From NCBI GenBank assembly GCA_002770795.1, contig PCTP01000174.1, positions 4,615 to 49,611 of the forward strand: 44,997 nucleotides of DNA, in the 5' to 3' direction. Shown here in pieces: positions 8,593-17,976 of the stretch. The notes under the pieces are model-generated. The model was not told the DNA's origin. It did not search any database and was given only the letters and a program-made list of their open reading frames with translations. Position 1 is the stretch's first letter. Each line of letters begins with the position of its first letter. The DNA is from Gammaproteobacteria bacterium CG22_combo_CG10-13_8_21_14_all_40_8 (GTDB taxonomy: Bacteria; Pseudomonadota; Gammaproteobacteria; Enterobacterales; GCA-002770795). Both the position numbers and the translations under genes were made by a program.

Positions 8593-9492
8593 CTATCTAA
8601 ATAGTACCTCTTGTAGCATTCTATCACAATGATAGTGCCACTCAGACAAAACAACCCCAAATGCTTGTTCAATTTTGTCAACACAAAGTTTCGAGTTTAA
8701 AGGGCGTGTTGCGGCGACTGGGTATGCACTTGAGGGAATGGGATGGATCTCTCGACATTGAATGGATACACCATTAGGGCCTTCTTTTGCTTTAGACAAA
8801 ATATACTCTGCGTAATCAAACCATGTTGTAGCTCCTTTGGCTACAAGATGGTAAATACCAGAAAGATCTAGGGGATCTGTATCTTTAGCTTGCGCAATTT
8901 GCCTTAAGCAAAGTGCACTTACATCGGCAATTAATTCTGCGCTTGTTGGCGCCCCTTGTTGATCGGCTACAATATTCAACTGTTCTCTTTCTGCAAATAA
9001 ACGTAACATGGATTTTGCAAAATTTGCACCTCTTGTGGCATACACCCAACTGGTTCTGAAAATAAGATGGTTACAACCTGAATCAATAATCGACCTTTCT
9101 CCAGCCAATTTGCTTTTGCCATAAATAGACAATGGATTCACTTCTTCGGTTTCCTTGTAGAAGCCTTCCTTATTACCATCAAAAACATAATCAGTGGAAT
9201 AATGAAGCAACCAAGCGCCTAGATTAAAAATTTCCTGTGCCATCACAGCTAAAGCCTCTGCATTAATGGCATAGGCATTGGCTTGATCAGTTTCCGCTTT
9301 ATCCACTGCGGTATAAGCAGCCGCATTGACTAACCAATCGGGTTTATGTTGACGGATAACATACCTTAAAGCGTCTGCATCAGATAAATTAAGTTGTGAG
9401 CGATCTAAGGAGATTAAAGTCCCCAATGGCGCAAGCGCACGTTGTAACTCCCAACCCACTTGACCATTTTTACCCAGTAGTAATATTTTCAT
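8593..9492 (-). CDS. rfbD: dTDP-4-dehydrorhamnose reductase
   Basis: MKILLLGKNGQVGWELQRALAPLG, NAAAYTAVDKAE, HYSTDYVFDG, YGKSKLAGE, IFRTSWVY and QQGAPTSAELIAD align along the full length with E. coli RfbD/RmlD from memory. Confidence 0.88.
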   Translation of the reverse strand: MKILLLGKNGQVGWELQRALAPLGTLISLDRSQLNLSDADALRYVIRQHKPDWLVNAAAYTAVDKAETDQANAYAINAEALAVMAQEIFNLGAWLLHYSTDYVFDGNKEGFYKETEEVNPLSIYGKSKLAGERSIIDSGCNHLIFRTSWVYATRGANFAKSMLRLFAEREQLNIVADQQGAPTSAELIADVSALCLRQIAQAKDTDPLDLSGIYHLVAKGATTWFDYAEYILSKAKEGPNGVSIQCREIHPIPSSAYPVAATRPLNSKLCVDKIEQAFGVVLSEWHYHCDRMLQEVLFR

Positions 9493-9507
9493 GAGGCTCC
9501 TTCAGTA

Positions 9508-10641
9508 TTAATTAAATATTGCTAATAAAGTATTAAACAATATGTCTTTGTCTTTTAATGCCATTTTGCTATGAAATGGGATGCCTAAACAGTTTCTATT
9601 GAGATCGTTGGTTACAGTCATTGCCGTCGCGCAAGAAATAGGAGAGATAGCGCTTTCAGAATAAATTGGCATTTTATGAACGGCTGGACAATACCATTTT
9701 CTCGTTTCAATTTTAGCTTCAATAAATTTTTCACAAACCAAATCCATGGACATAAATTGATCAAATTTAATCACATAGGTACTGGGAGCAAATTCAAAGC
9801 GATCATCAATAGCTTGTAGAGTGAGAGGTAATTGATACGAAAGAATAAAATGATTATAGTCTTTCCACATTTGGTGCTTTAAAGATTTGATCGCTTGCCA
9901 ACGTCGCATTTGTGCTAAACCAACCGCTGCATGATATTCACTCATTTTAGCATTGTATCCATCCACCAAAACTTGAAAGTTTTTTAAGCCAAAATTACTC
10001 ATAAGCCGACATTTTTCGATGAGATTTTCCTTGGCCGAAATAATGAGCCCCCCCTCTCCGATAGCAAAGTTTTTGGTGGCGTGAAAACTGAAGGTATAAA
10101 TACATTCAGTTCCAATAGATTGGTGCCCAAAAGCCGCAGCAGCATCAACTACAACAGGTAACGCAAACTTTAAGGAAAAACTATCCCATAATTGACTATC
10201 TACAGGACTGCCTAAGGCTGCCACAGTTAACACAGCATCTATTTTATGCTTAGGTAACAAAGCTTCAACAATTGATGGCGTAAGCTGCCAAGTTGCTACA
10301 TCCACATCAGCAAGCATAGGTTTTAATCCAGCTTCTATAATAGCAGAAACTGTAGCAGGAAAAGTAAAGGACGGAACTAAAATGGTGGATTGGGGTTTTA
10401 AATTTAGAGACTTGAGTGCCAAAACAATAGCAGAAGTGCCATTGGAACAGGTTGTAAGATTTTGTGATTCACAATCAAAGCTAGCAACGGATTGAATCAA
10501 TTGGCAAAGTTGTTGTTCGAATTGTAGAACTAAGGGACCATAATTTGAATACCAAAGATTATGATCTATCTGCTTTAACCAAGGGTAAAGCTCATCTGCA
10601 CTTGGCAAGTCAGGGATCAGCAACTTTAATGTCTGGTGCAT
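9508..10641 (-). CDS. DegT/DnrJ/EryC1/StrS-family PLP-dependent sugar aminotransferase
   Basis: Fold-type I sugar aminotransferase layout. NGTSAIVLALKSL, VPSFTFPATVSAI, and the PLP-lysine context FSFHATKNFAIGEGG. Confidence 0.85.
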   Translation of the reverse strand: MHQTLKLLIPDLPSADELYPWLKQIDHNLWYSNYGPLVLQFEQQLCQLIQSVASFDCESQNLTTCSNGTSAIVLALKSLNLKPQSTILVPSFTFPATVSAIIEAGLKPMLADVDVATWQLTPSIVEALLPKHKIDAVLTVAALGSPVDSQLWDSFSLKFALPVVVDAAAAFGHQSIGTECIYTFSFHATKNFAIGEGGLIISAKENLIEKCRLMSNFGLKNFQVLVDGYNAKMSEYHAAVGLAQMRRWQAIKSLKHQMWKDYNHFILSYQLPLTLQAIDDRFEFAPSTYVIKFDQFMSMDLVCEKFIEAKIETRKWYCPAVHKMPIYSESAISPISCATAMTVTNDLNRNCLGIPFHSKMALKDKDILFNTLLAIFN

Positions 10642-10704
10642 TTATTTTCTCTCAATAATTTTTACAGGAATTATTGCCATTATTAGTGATAGGATTGCTC
10701 AATA

Positions 10705-11439
10705 TCAAAACTTTCCTCGAATAAACAACCCAATAAACTGCAAAAGTCTTAACTGTCTTGAGATCCTTGTTGGTTGAACAACTAGTCGAAACAACCATTC
10801 TAAATGAATACGTTGCATCCATCGGGGCGCTCTTTTAACCTCATCAACAAAAACATCGTAACTCCCCCCGACACCTATATATAAGGTGTTCGGGTATTTT
10901 TCCCTACATTCAGCAATAAATTTTTCCTGTTTTGGCGATCCCATGGCAACACAAACAATTTGAGCCCGACTTTTAGTAATTTGTTCGATGATAAGTCCAT
11001 TATCATCGAAATACCCTGAGTGGGCACCCACAATATTAACATGATATTGCTGTTGTAATTTTATTTGTGTTAGGGCGTTCACTCTCTCTGAAGCCCCTAA
11101 TAGATACACAAAGGACTGATGCACACCTGCCTTCTGCATAAGGGACTCCCAAAGTTCACATCCTGGAATTCTTTTACCTGCCTTTCCTTTTCTACTCATT
11201 AACCACACAACGGGTATACCATCGGCAAAAGCCACTGTGGATGTAGAAATCAGTTGCTTGTATGCGGGATCCTGATAACAAGTGACCAGTTTTTCTGCAT
11301 TGATTGCCACAGCAAATCCTGTTTTGATCTTGCCACTTGTGTTGTAAAAAGAATCAGCTGCAGAATTCACTTCTAAAAAAGGTTGAATAGCTAAATCCGC
11401 AAGAGTAATTTTAGAGAGTTGTTTAACTGTGGTGTTCAT
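10705..11439 (-). CDS. WecG/TagA/CpsF-family glycosyltransferase (GT26), likely ManNAcA/ManNAc transferase
   Basis: Family-typical blocks ADGIPVVW, IPGCELW, VYLLGA, VCVAMGSPKQEKF, GVGGSYDVF, KRAPRWMQRIHLEWLFRLVVQPTR. Confidence 0.85.
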   Translation of the reverse strand: MNTTVKQLSKITLADLAIQPFLEVNSAADSFYNTSGKIKTGFAVAINAEKLVTCYQDPAYKQLISTSTVAFADGIPVVWLMSRKGKAGKRIPGCELWESLMQKAGVHQSFVYLLGASERVNALTQIKLQQQYHVNIVGAHSGYFDDNGLIIEQITKSRAQIVCVAMGSPKQEKFIAECREKYPNTLYIGVGGSYDVFVDEVKRAPRWMQRIHLEWLFRLVVQPTRISRQLRLLQFIGLFIRGKF

Positions 11440-12409
11440 GATACCAATCTCTAAAAGTGATAAATTGATTCGTTGTTATAGTCTCTTGTAAAAACAACTT
11501 TAACTGTGACAAAGAGCACTCACTAAATGCTTTGGGATGCCCCATAATAACCATGTGTTTGTGTTTTTGCTTCCAAGTATCATAGGCTTTCATTAACAAT
11601 TTCGACTTGTATCCATCAATAGAAATCACTGACATTGAGGGAATGCTGAGCAATTTAAGGATATTAGATAAGGGGGATTCAACCGCTTTTCCATCACCAA
11701 ATGATCGATGAGTTTGCTTGTTTATTAGTTTAGCAACGACCATTCGCCAATAGAACAAAGGGGAAACTTTCATGCTTGCAATAGGTAATTCTATAAAGTG
11801 CCCCCGATTTTTCGCGACCAAAGGATCATCATCAAAATGCCAATAATCCATTATCGGGGCGTTGCGAAAATCAAATTTCTGGCCAGGTGATTGTAGATAG
11901 CCACCAGGAAAAACGGAACTATCCATTTTAATACCCTGTTCGTATAAAATGTTAGATAAAATATCAAAAGGTTGTATACACCATCCACCAGCACGATAAG
12001 CAATGGGATGAATATTAAATTCTTTCACTAGAATTGTCTTATACTTCTCAACAATTTTTGCAATAGTTTCAGTGTCAAACTGTTGAAGGCGATATCTTGT
12101 ACTAGGTAATAATATTTCTCCATCACCTTCTTTGGCATCTTCCCAATGAGGATGTATGTGCAATTGAATATCATGCCCTGCAGCCAGAATTACTTGAAGT
12201 TGCAGAATAACCATTGATCTATCATCATGCAATGACGGCATATCTAAAGAATGAAAAAGATACCCTGCATCCACGAAAAAGGTGGCTTTAACACCAAAAT
12301 CATCTAACAGTGCCAGTAGTTTATTGGTAGGCTCGATCAAACACTTTTGAGCAGTTCCAATATTTCGCCCCAAGAAGAGTTCGTAATCTAAGGTTAATAA
12401 TATCTTCAC
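11423..12409 (-). CDS. Polysaccharide deacetylase-like protein (CE4-like)
   Basis: N-terminal LTLDYELFLG is the equivalent of the CE4 TFDD/DVED motif. GHDIQLHIHPH is a His-rich metal motif, and YRAGGW is the equivalent of the R-x-P-Y/F motif. The GTG start shares a GTGA 4-nt overlap with the upstream sulfotransferase stop. Confidence 0.55.
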   Translation of the reverse strand: MKILLTLDYELFLGRNIGTAQKCLIEPTNKLLALLDDFGVKATFFVDAGYLFHSLDMPSLHDDRSMVILQLQVILAAGHDIQLHIHPHWEDAKEGDGEILLPSTRYRLQQFDTETIAKIVEKYKTILVKEFNIHPIAYRAGGWCIQPFDILSNILYEQGIKMDSSVFPGGYLQSPGQKFDFRNAPIMDYWHFDDDPLVAKNRGHFIELPIASMKVSPLFYWRMVVAKLINKQTHRSFGDGKAVESPLSNILKLLSIPSMSVISIDGYKSKLLMKAYDTWKQKHKHMVIMGHPKAFSECSLSQLKLFLQETITTNQFITFRDWYHEHHS

Positions 12410-13266
12410 AGTTTATATCGATTTAGCAAGTTCAATGGGAAAGTTAAGAAATAACCTATCCATCGTTTGAAAAGTGGAAGTTCATCGCACCATCCATCAT
12501 GAGATTGAAACTGAATAGAAGCCTTTTTAGCCAAACGATTTCCGCCGATGATATGGCCTATGTCAAAAAATTGTTCTGTCTGAATTTTGGTTAAAATAGA
12601 GATACAATCCAGATCTGTAAAGTTAGCGATATTTTGAAATACAGATTTTGGATCATTTAACAAATCTTCATATTTTACTTTTAATACTTTATTTTTTAAG
12701 AGTGTTCTGGAAATTATTTCAGCAGTAAAATTCACTAGATTATAATAAATACAAGCACTCATTAATCCTCTTGATGTTTGCACATTCTTGGCAAAGGAAT
12801 GAATAACCCCTCTAGGATCACGAACTAAATAGATATATTTTACATCTAAATTATCACATTTATTTAAGGCCAGGGCCCTGCCTATATATTTAGATGAGTC
12901 GATCACTCTTTCTTGATCGCAATGTTGAAGGATCTCAGAAAATAATTCTTCATGAAAATTTTGGTAGCATGATGGTAATTTATATGCAAAAAAATATTTA
13001 AAAATATTTATATGCTTTTCTAGAGTTCTCGCACGCTCTTGTGTCTCTTGCTCCAAAGATTTTAAACAAGAAATTTGTGACCAACATATGCAATCCGAAA
13101 GTAAACTACCGCAGCTACATTGGCTTACAGCTAAATTTCCATGGTTTAGTTGGGTTAACTCCCCTACTTGAATGGCACTTTTAGCAGCTCCCAAGAATAC
13201 ACTTAACGCCGTGCTGCCACTACGTCCTGCGCCCATGATATAAAGAATTTTAGATTTTTTCTGCAT
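12406..13266 (-). CDS. Sulfotransferase (PAPS-dependent, Sulfotransfer_3-like)
   Basis: 5'-PSB loop [12 protein letters not shown]. 3'-PB motif [14 protein letters not shown]. Cys cluster [14 protein letters not shown] moved the start to the ATG at 13266 ([19 protein letters not shown]), because the track ORF extends 84 nt further into the upstream acetyltransferase gene. Confidence 0.8.
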   Translation of the reverse strand: MQKKSKILYIMGAGRSGSTALSVFLGAAKSAIQVGELTQLNHGNLAVSQCSCGSLLSDCICWSQISCLKSLEQETQERARTLEKHINIFKYFFAYKLPSCYQNFHEELFSEILQHCDQERVIDSSKYIGRALALNKCDNLDVKYIYLVRDPRGVIHSFAKNVQTSRGLMSACIYYNLVNFTAEIISRTLLKNKVLKVKYEDLLNDPKSVFQNIANFTDLDCISILTKIQTEQFFDIGHIIGGNRLAKKASIQFQSHDGWCDELPLFKRWIGYFLTFPLNLLNRYKL

Positions 13267-13777
13267 GACGATACTTAATGACTTTTGCAGGGTTTCCAAC
13301 AACAACAGCCCAAGCGGGTACATTTTTTGTGACCACAGCTCCGGCTCCAATCACAGCATGATCTTCAACAATTATGCCAGGTAGAATAATCACATTCGCG
13401 CCTATCCAAACATCATTCATTATACGAGTCTCTTTTCTGCTCTTGCCTTGCTGTTGAATATACTGATGACAATCATCAAATTTATGATTTCTGGTATAGA
13501 TTTTCACATCTGGTCCCATTATCACATAGTCCCCGATAGAAACATTGGCATGAATCAAACAATTTTGCCCCAATTCAGAATGGTTACCTATACGAATATT
13601 AGGAGAAATATCTGCATTATATTTCACTCGAATATTGTCTCCACAATTCACAACAAACTGTTTAACCAGAAGTCTACGAATACGGTGAAAGCCTAAAGAA
13701 TAAGGTCGATAATCTTCTGGCGTAAACCTGAAAAAGGCGATGTATAAAAAATAAGCCAGCTTTCTATAAAGACTCAT
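13250..13777 (-). CDS. Hexapeptide-repeat (left-handed beta-helix) O-acetyltransferase, WcaF/maltose acetyltransferase-like
   Basis: Hexapeptide repeats ([31 protein letters not shown] ... [45 protein letters not shown]). Confidence 0.85.
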   Translation of the reverse strand: MSLYRKLAYFLYIAFFRFTPEDYRPYSLGFHRIRRLLVKQFVVNCGDNIRVKYNADISPNIRIGNHSELGQNCLIHANVSIGDYVIMGPDVKIYTRNHKFDDCHQYIQQQGKSRKETRIMNDVWIGANVIILPGIIVEDHAVIGAGAVVTKNVPAWAVVVGNPAKVIKYRHAEKI

Positions 13778-14822
13778 TGGTACCTGCCATTTCTGTATAA
13801 ATAGCCATTAATTTATCACAAACCCTATCTAATGAATAATCAGTGTTAGATTGTATACATCTAACACTCATCTGTTGATAGTCTTCCTGAGATAGAAAAT
13901 GGGCTTTTACTAGCTGTTCCACTAAAGACTCTGTATTGATTTTTTCTAATAAAAATCCGTTAGATCCATCCTGAACTTGCATTTTTGGCCCAACCAAAGG
14001 GGTAGTAATTACAGGTATTCCACAATACATGGCTTCCGTAATCACCAATCCAAATGCTTCCTTGCGAGTAGGCAATACTAAATATCGACTTTTCCTGACA
14101 TAATTGGCAATAGTGGACTGTTCGGCGTCTTCGATAATGGTTACTTTATCTGGATGTGACATGGCCTGAATAGCGCACAACTCAGTCCCCGAACCGATAA
14201 AACAAAACGAAGGATATAACCCTGATTTTGTACCTAACAATTCTATAGCCTCTAGTAACATATCTAAACCTTTGGCCTTATAGAAGGAGCCTACAAAAAC
14301 AAAATCATACAACTTTTCTTCATTTTTTGGGAAAAAGATACTTCTATCAATTCCAGCAGGTATAACAGAACTCACTTTTCTATGATAAACATTTTCAAAT
14401 TCGTCAGCAATTCCAGTACCTACCGATAAAATCTGATCCACATAAACTAATCCCTTTTTCGTCAAATACCTGAATAATGTATTCTTGTAGGAAAAAGTGA
14501 CATCGTTTCCGTGTAATGTCATTAATACATGACTACCCCGTAGACGACTTTTCAATAATAAAATTAATAGAATATTAGGAAATAAAAAATGAAAATGTAC
14601 AACCTCAAACTTTATTTTTAGTTTTTGACGTAAATTGAGAAAATAGCTAATATATTTTATAAGACTTCCAATTTTTCCTGTGTTTTTTCTTTGCAAGAAA
14701 CATTGATAAAACTCGATATCTGGCCAGTTTTTTTTGAAAAAATTTAGCTGATTAACAACAAATATACCCGCATATTTTTTATGTTCTGAAGGCGCATTAT
14801 TGGATGCTATGAGTATTTTCAT
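13764..14822 (-). CDS. Glycosyltransferase family 4 (GT-B, retaining)
   Basis: C-terminal E-x7-E region [25 protein letters not shown]-terminal MKILIASN...GIFV. ATGA overlap with the upstream gene stop. Confidence 0.85.
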   Translation of the reverse strand: MKILIASNNAPSEHKKYAGIFVVNQLNFFKKNWPDIEFYQCFLQRKNTGKIGSLIKYISYFLNLRQKLKIKFEVVHFHFLFPNILLILLLKSRLRGSHVLMTLHGNDVTFSYKNTLFRYLTKKGLVYVDQILSVGTGIADEFENVYHRKVSSVIPAGIDRSIFFPKNEEKLYDFVFVGSFYKAKGLDMLLEAIELLGTKSGLYPSFCFIGSGTELCAIQAMSHPDKVTIIEDAEQSTIANYVRKSRYLVLPTRKEAFGLVITEAMYCGIPVITTPLVGPKMQVQDGSNGFLLEKINTESLVEQLVKAHFLSQEDYQQMSVRCIQSNTDYSLDRVCDKLMAIYTEMAGTNESL

Positions 14823-15772
14823 TGATTAAAACTCAATCTTCTTAAAATTGCATCTAATGGATTTTTTAATCTTGATAAGTTCAAAATTAATGCCAAAGGC
14901 ATTTTCAAAAAATACCATAATATTTTAAACCAATATAAAACCACCCAACCACCTATAGGCTTCTCTTTATAACCAGCCTTGTTTAAGAAATCAGATAAGG
15001 TTTTTTGGATCCAATACACATCAGAGCAGGGTAATTCTGCCATCCATTTTTCTGAGTTATTAGCATTAATGTGAGTATAGTTGATATCACCTAGAGTACA
15101 TTTCAAATAAGCGGACAATTCATTAAGAACCAGCTTAGGCTGTTGGGTCAACCTTTCATATTGAATAATGAAACAATGCTCTCCCTTACTTGTATTGGCA
15201 ATTTCAAAAGATCTAGCCCAAAGTTTGGCCATAAGAATCGGGTTATAATTTAGCCAAAGCCTCAAAGCTTCCCAATAACGCTTTTTCCTAAGATAATTTT
15301 TATATTTCTTCTTTTGGCTTAAAATACAATCTCTTGGGTCCCTTAACAAAAATACAAACTTAAACCGATCAGATAAGGTTAAAAATTCATCGATATAATA
15401 AATATTTCTAGGTGTACTGTCCAAGCAGTGGCTGTATTGACCTCTTATTAGCTGCAAAATTGATAAATAAAGCTGTGCGCCTTGGGTTATCTCACCATTA
15501 TTTATGCTGTTTTTCAATTGAGCTAAAAGACTTTCTCTATAATCATTTTCTTGAAACAATCCTTCTCCATAGGCTAACTTCATCATTTGTTGTTGAGCCA
15601 TTTTATTGAGTGTTTTTGGGTCTATCCTTGAGGTATCTTTGATATTCCAGATATTTTCCACAAATTGTAATTCTGGTGTATATTGAGCCAAATTTGCCTG
15701 ATGTAATATTTTGTTTAAGAGCTTAGTACCGCTCCTGGCATAGCCTGTAATCATGATAATAGCTGTATTCAC
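14819..15772 (-). CDS. Sulfotransferase (PAPS-dependent)
   Basis: 5'-PSB MITGYARSGTKLL. 3'-PB FVFLLRDPRDCILS. Hydrophobic/amphipathic C-terminus (GGWVVLYWFKILWYFLKMPLALIL). The start is placed at the GTG at 15772, which forms a GTGA overlap with the upstream stop as at other junctions in this operon. The track's TTG at 15805 and the ATG at 15754 are alternatives. Confidence 0.8.
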   Translation of the reverse strand: MNTAIIMITGYARSGTKLLNKILHQANLAQYTPELQFVENIWNIKDTSRIDPKTLNKMAQQQMMKLAYGEGLFQENDYRESLLAQLKNSINNGEITQGAQLYLSILQLIRGQYSHCLDSTPRNIYYIDEFLTLSDRFKFVFLLRDPRDCILSQKKKYKNYLRKKRYWEALRLWLNYNPILMAKLWARSFEIANTSKGEHCFIIQYERLTQQPKLVLNELSAYLKCTLGDINYTHINANNSEKWMAELPCSDVYWIQKTLSDFLNKAGYKEKPIGGWVVLYWFKILWYFLKMPLALILNLSRLKNPLDAILRRLSFNQ

Positions 15773-16779
15773 TTTGCAACGCCTCTCAGAGGATAATCGC
15801 GGCAAAGTGATTGATATAACTTAAGGCAATGATTTTCAACGAATTTAATTTGTTCGGGTGACAATTCATACTTCCATTTGCCTATATTCTTAACATCTAT
15901 GGGTTTCTGCGTATTCCTATGATGGTGGTATTTTTCTACGTCCCCTAGATTTTCTTGATCCAACCAAAACTTTAACATAGACTCTTGAAAATCAACGCCT
16001 AAATAGTCGCAAACGCTTTGCATTGTTGATTTAGGTTGTCTAATCAAATCCTCATAATGAATCACTAAAAAGCATTCTTTCCCCAAATTCTTTTTATTTT
16101 TTTCTATGGTGCCATGCGCTTTTAGCCAAAACCACACAATATAATCCGCTTCATTCATCGACTTTTTTGAAGCAAGTCCTGATTTTATATAAGATGCAAA
16201 AACTGCTCTGGGATCTCGGATTAAATGGATATATTTAGCCTTTGGAAAAAGCGCTTGGATATGATCTATAAATTGCGAATTTTTTGGTGTCTTGTCTCCC
16301 CATATCATCGCATCCTGAGGGATAAATTGTTGCGATTTTTCTACGCGATGCAGGCCATAGTTCAGGTATATCATTTCGATGATGTTAGCCAAACTTTGCT
16401 GTTTTTCGGGAAGTGCTTGGCAACTTTGTAAGGTTTTCTCTAGAGAAATATTCCAAGTACTAAATTCAGGATGCTTTTCAAATCCGTTAATTACCATTGA
16501 AGTTAATTGGTTCCAAGGTAAATATGCCTTACGATAAAACTTTCTGATTATTTTTGGAAGAACATAAGATTCTGGAGGAATAACAATCTGAGGATCTTTT
16601 GTTAACATAGTCCGCAACAAGGTACTTCCCGAACGCCCACATCCCAAAATAAAAAAGGGAGTTAAACTCTCATTACTCGATAAAGAATACCTTTTATCAA
16701 AAAAGTGGACGTGAGACTGAATTCTTAGATACCATCGAATCCATTTGAAACCAGGAGACAATAAATAACCTAATTTCAC
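15769..16779 (-). CDS. Sulfotransferase (PAPS-dependent)
   Basis: 5'-PSB FFILGCGRSGSTLLRTML. 3'-PB YIHLIRDPRAVFASY. GTG start in a GTGA overlap with the upstream stop. Confidence 0.85.
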   Translation of the reverse strand: MKLGYLLSPGFKWIRWYLRIQSHVHFFDKRYSLSSNESLTPFFILGCGRSGSTLLRTMLTKDPQIVIPPESYVLPKIIRKFYRKAYLPWNQLTSMVINGFEKHPEFSTWNISLEKTLQSCQALPEKQQSLANIIEMIYLNYGLHRVEKSQQFIPQDAMIWGDKTPKNSQFIDHIQALFPKAKYIHLIRDPRAVFASYIKSGLASKKSMNEADYIVWFWLKAHGTIEKNKKNLGKECFLVIHYEDLIRQPKSTMQSVCDYLGVDFQESMLKFWLDQENLGDVEKYHHHRNTQKPIDVKNIGKWKYELSPEQIKFVENHCLKLYQSLCRDYPLRGVAK

Positions 16780-17777
16780 GACAAACTATCCTTTTCAGAT
16801 TGAGCACTATAACCATATTGTGCAAGACTTATTCCTAAAAGTTTCTCTAGCTTTGAGTTACTCAGGCAATACAATTCACGAAGATTGGACTTTTGTTCAC
16901 TAGAAAGTAAGGAGAGATACCGATACTTGCGAGGAATGAAACGATCTATCCCCTCGTACAATTTCTTAAAAATCACATCGATATAAGGGATATGGATAAA
17001 GGAATGCCTGGCAATAGGATCATGTCGTGATAATCGATTGAAAACCTTTGCTAAAATTAAAGACAAATTACTTAAACTTTTATTGCTTGTTTTTTGTCCA
17101 TCCAGCAATTTTAACCCATCTCTTATTGCTACTTCCAATTTTTGAGAACCTAAAAGTTTCCCCAATTCAGCATAAACTTCATTAGGCTTCTCACAAAATT
17201 TCTCATAAGGTAGTGCCAATACATTTTTTTTACTCATTTTACGCTGTAGATGCTCTATCGCATCATGATACATAAAGTGTTCTAATGAGAAAGCAGCAAA
17301 TCGGTGTCTAACAGCAGACTTAGGCGGGTAAATATAATTTTGGATGGAATAACAGCCTCCTTTTTTAACATATTGACGGTAACATGATTCAATCATGGAG
17401 GTTTGCTCCCTGAAGAAGAGCAAAATGTATAGTTCCACACCCTCAATTGCCGCTATTCTTTCGATCACCTCATAAGTAATACTGCCACCATTTCCTCCAG
17501 TGTGGATATTGCCTAATAATTCCTCATCTGAAATAACATTCATTTTATTGGGGTCGATAACCTGGGCAAGCCACTCATTGAGAGCCTTTGCAGAGAAATT
17601 ATAGGGTGTTTTCTCTAAAAAATGTGCTTGTGATTGCAATCTATCAATTAAATTAAAACAAGGTATGCTGAAAACTTGGCGTTGCCAAAATGTTGTGGCG
17701 GTTTTATGATATCCCATATGAATCAACAGCTTGGGCTTTTTTGGCACAATATTTTCTGTAGAGTTCAATGGGTTCAT
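16776..17777 (-). CDS. Probable divergent sulfotransferase-fold protein
   Basis: The P-loop-like LIHMGYHKTATTFWQ and the downstream LLFFREQTSMIESCYRQY match the positions and spacing of the 5'-PSB (K-T-x-T-T) and 3'-PB (R-x6-S-x-Y) motifs. It is the first gene of the sulfotransferase run. The family assignment is weaker than for its neighbours. Confidence 0.5.
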   Translation of the reverse strand: MNPLNSTENIVPKKPKLLIHMGYHKTATTFWQRQVFSIPCFNLIDRLQSQAHFLEKTPYNFSAKALNEWLAQVIDPNKMNVISDEELLGNIHTGGNGGSITYEVIERIAAIEGVELYILLFFREQTSMIESCYRQYVKKGGCYSIQNYIYPPKSAVRHRFAAFSLEHFMYHDAIEHLQRKMSKKNVLALPYEKFCEKPNEVYAELGKLLGSQKLEVAIRDGLKLLDGQKTSNKSLSNLSLILAKVFNRLSRHDPIARHSFIHIPYIDVIFKKLYEGIDRFIPRKYRYLSLLSSEQKSNLRELYCLSNSKLEKLLGISLAQYGYSAQSEKDSLS

Positions 17778-17976
17778 TTTAGTTAATTAAAGCCTTTAAG
17801 CCAGCAGTCATCATATTTGAAATATAAGTATTGAAATAAATTCAAACTTATCGCGGATAGAGATATTGAATCATATCCTAAATTGGTTAATTTCTCAGTA
17901 TAAGCTTACACAAAAGCCATAATCAGGAAAAATATGCTAATATCCATGCAAATTAAACTCACATTATCAACCTCAC

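Noticed and set aside
12406-13350. The 314-aa version of the sulfotransferase ORF, and likewise the 328-aa version of 14819-15805.
   Set aside because: The N-terminal extensions overlap the upstream genes by 101 and 37 nt and add residues before the beta-strand/PAPS loop that homologues do not need. Internal ATG/GTG starts give the compact overlaps typical of this operon.
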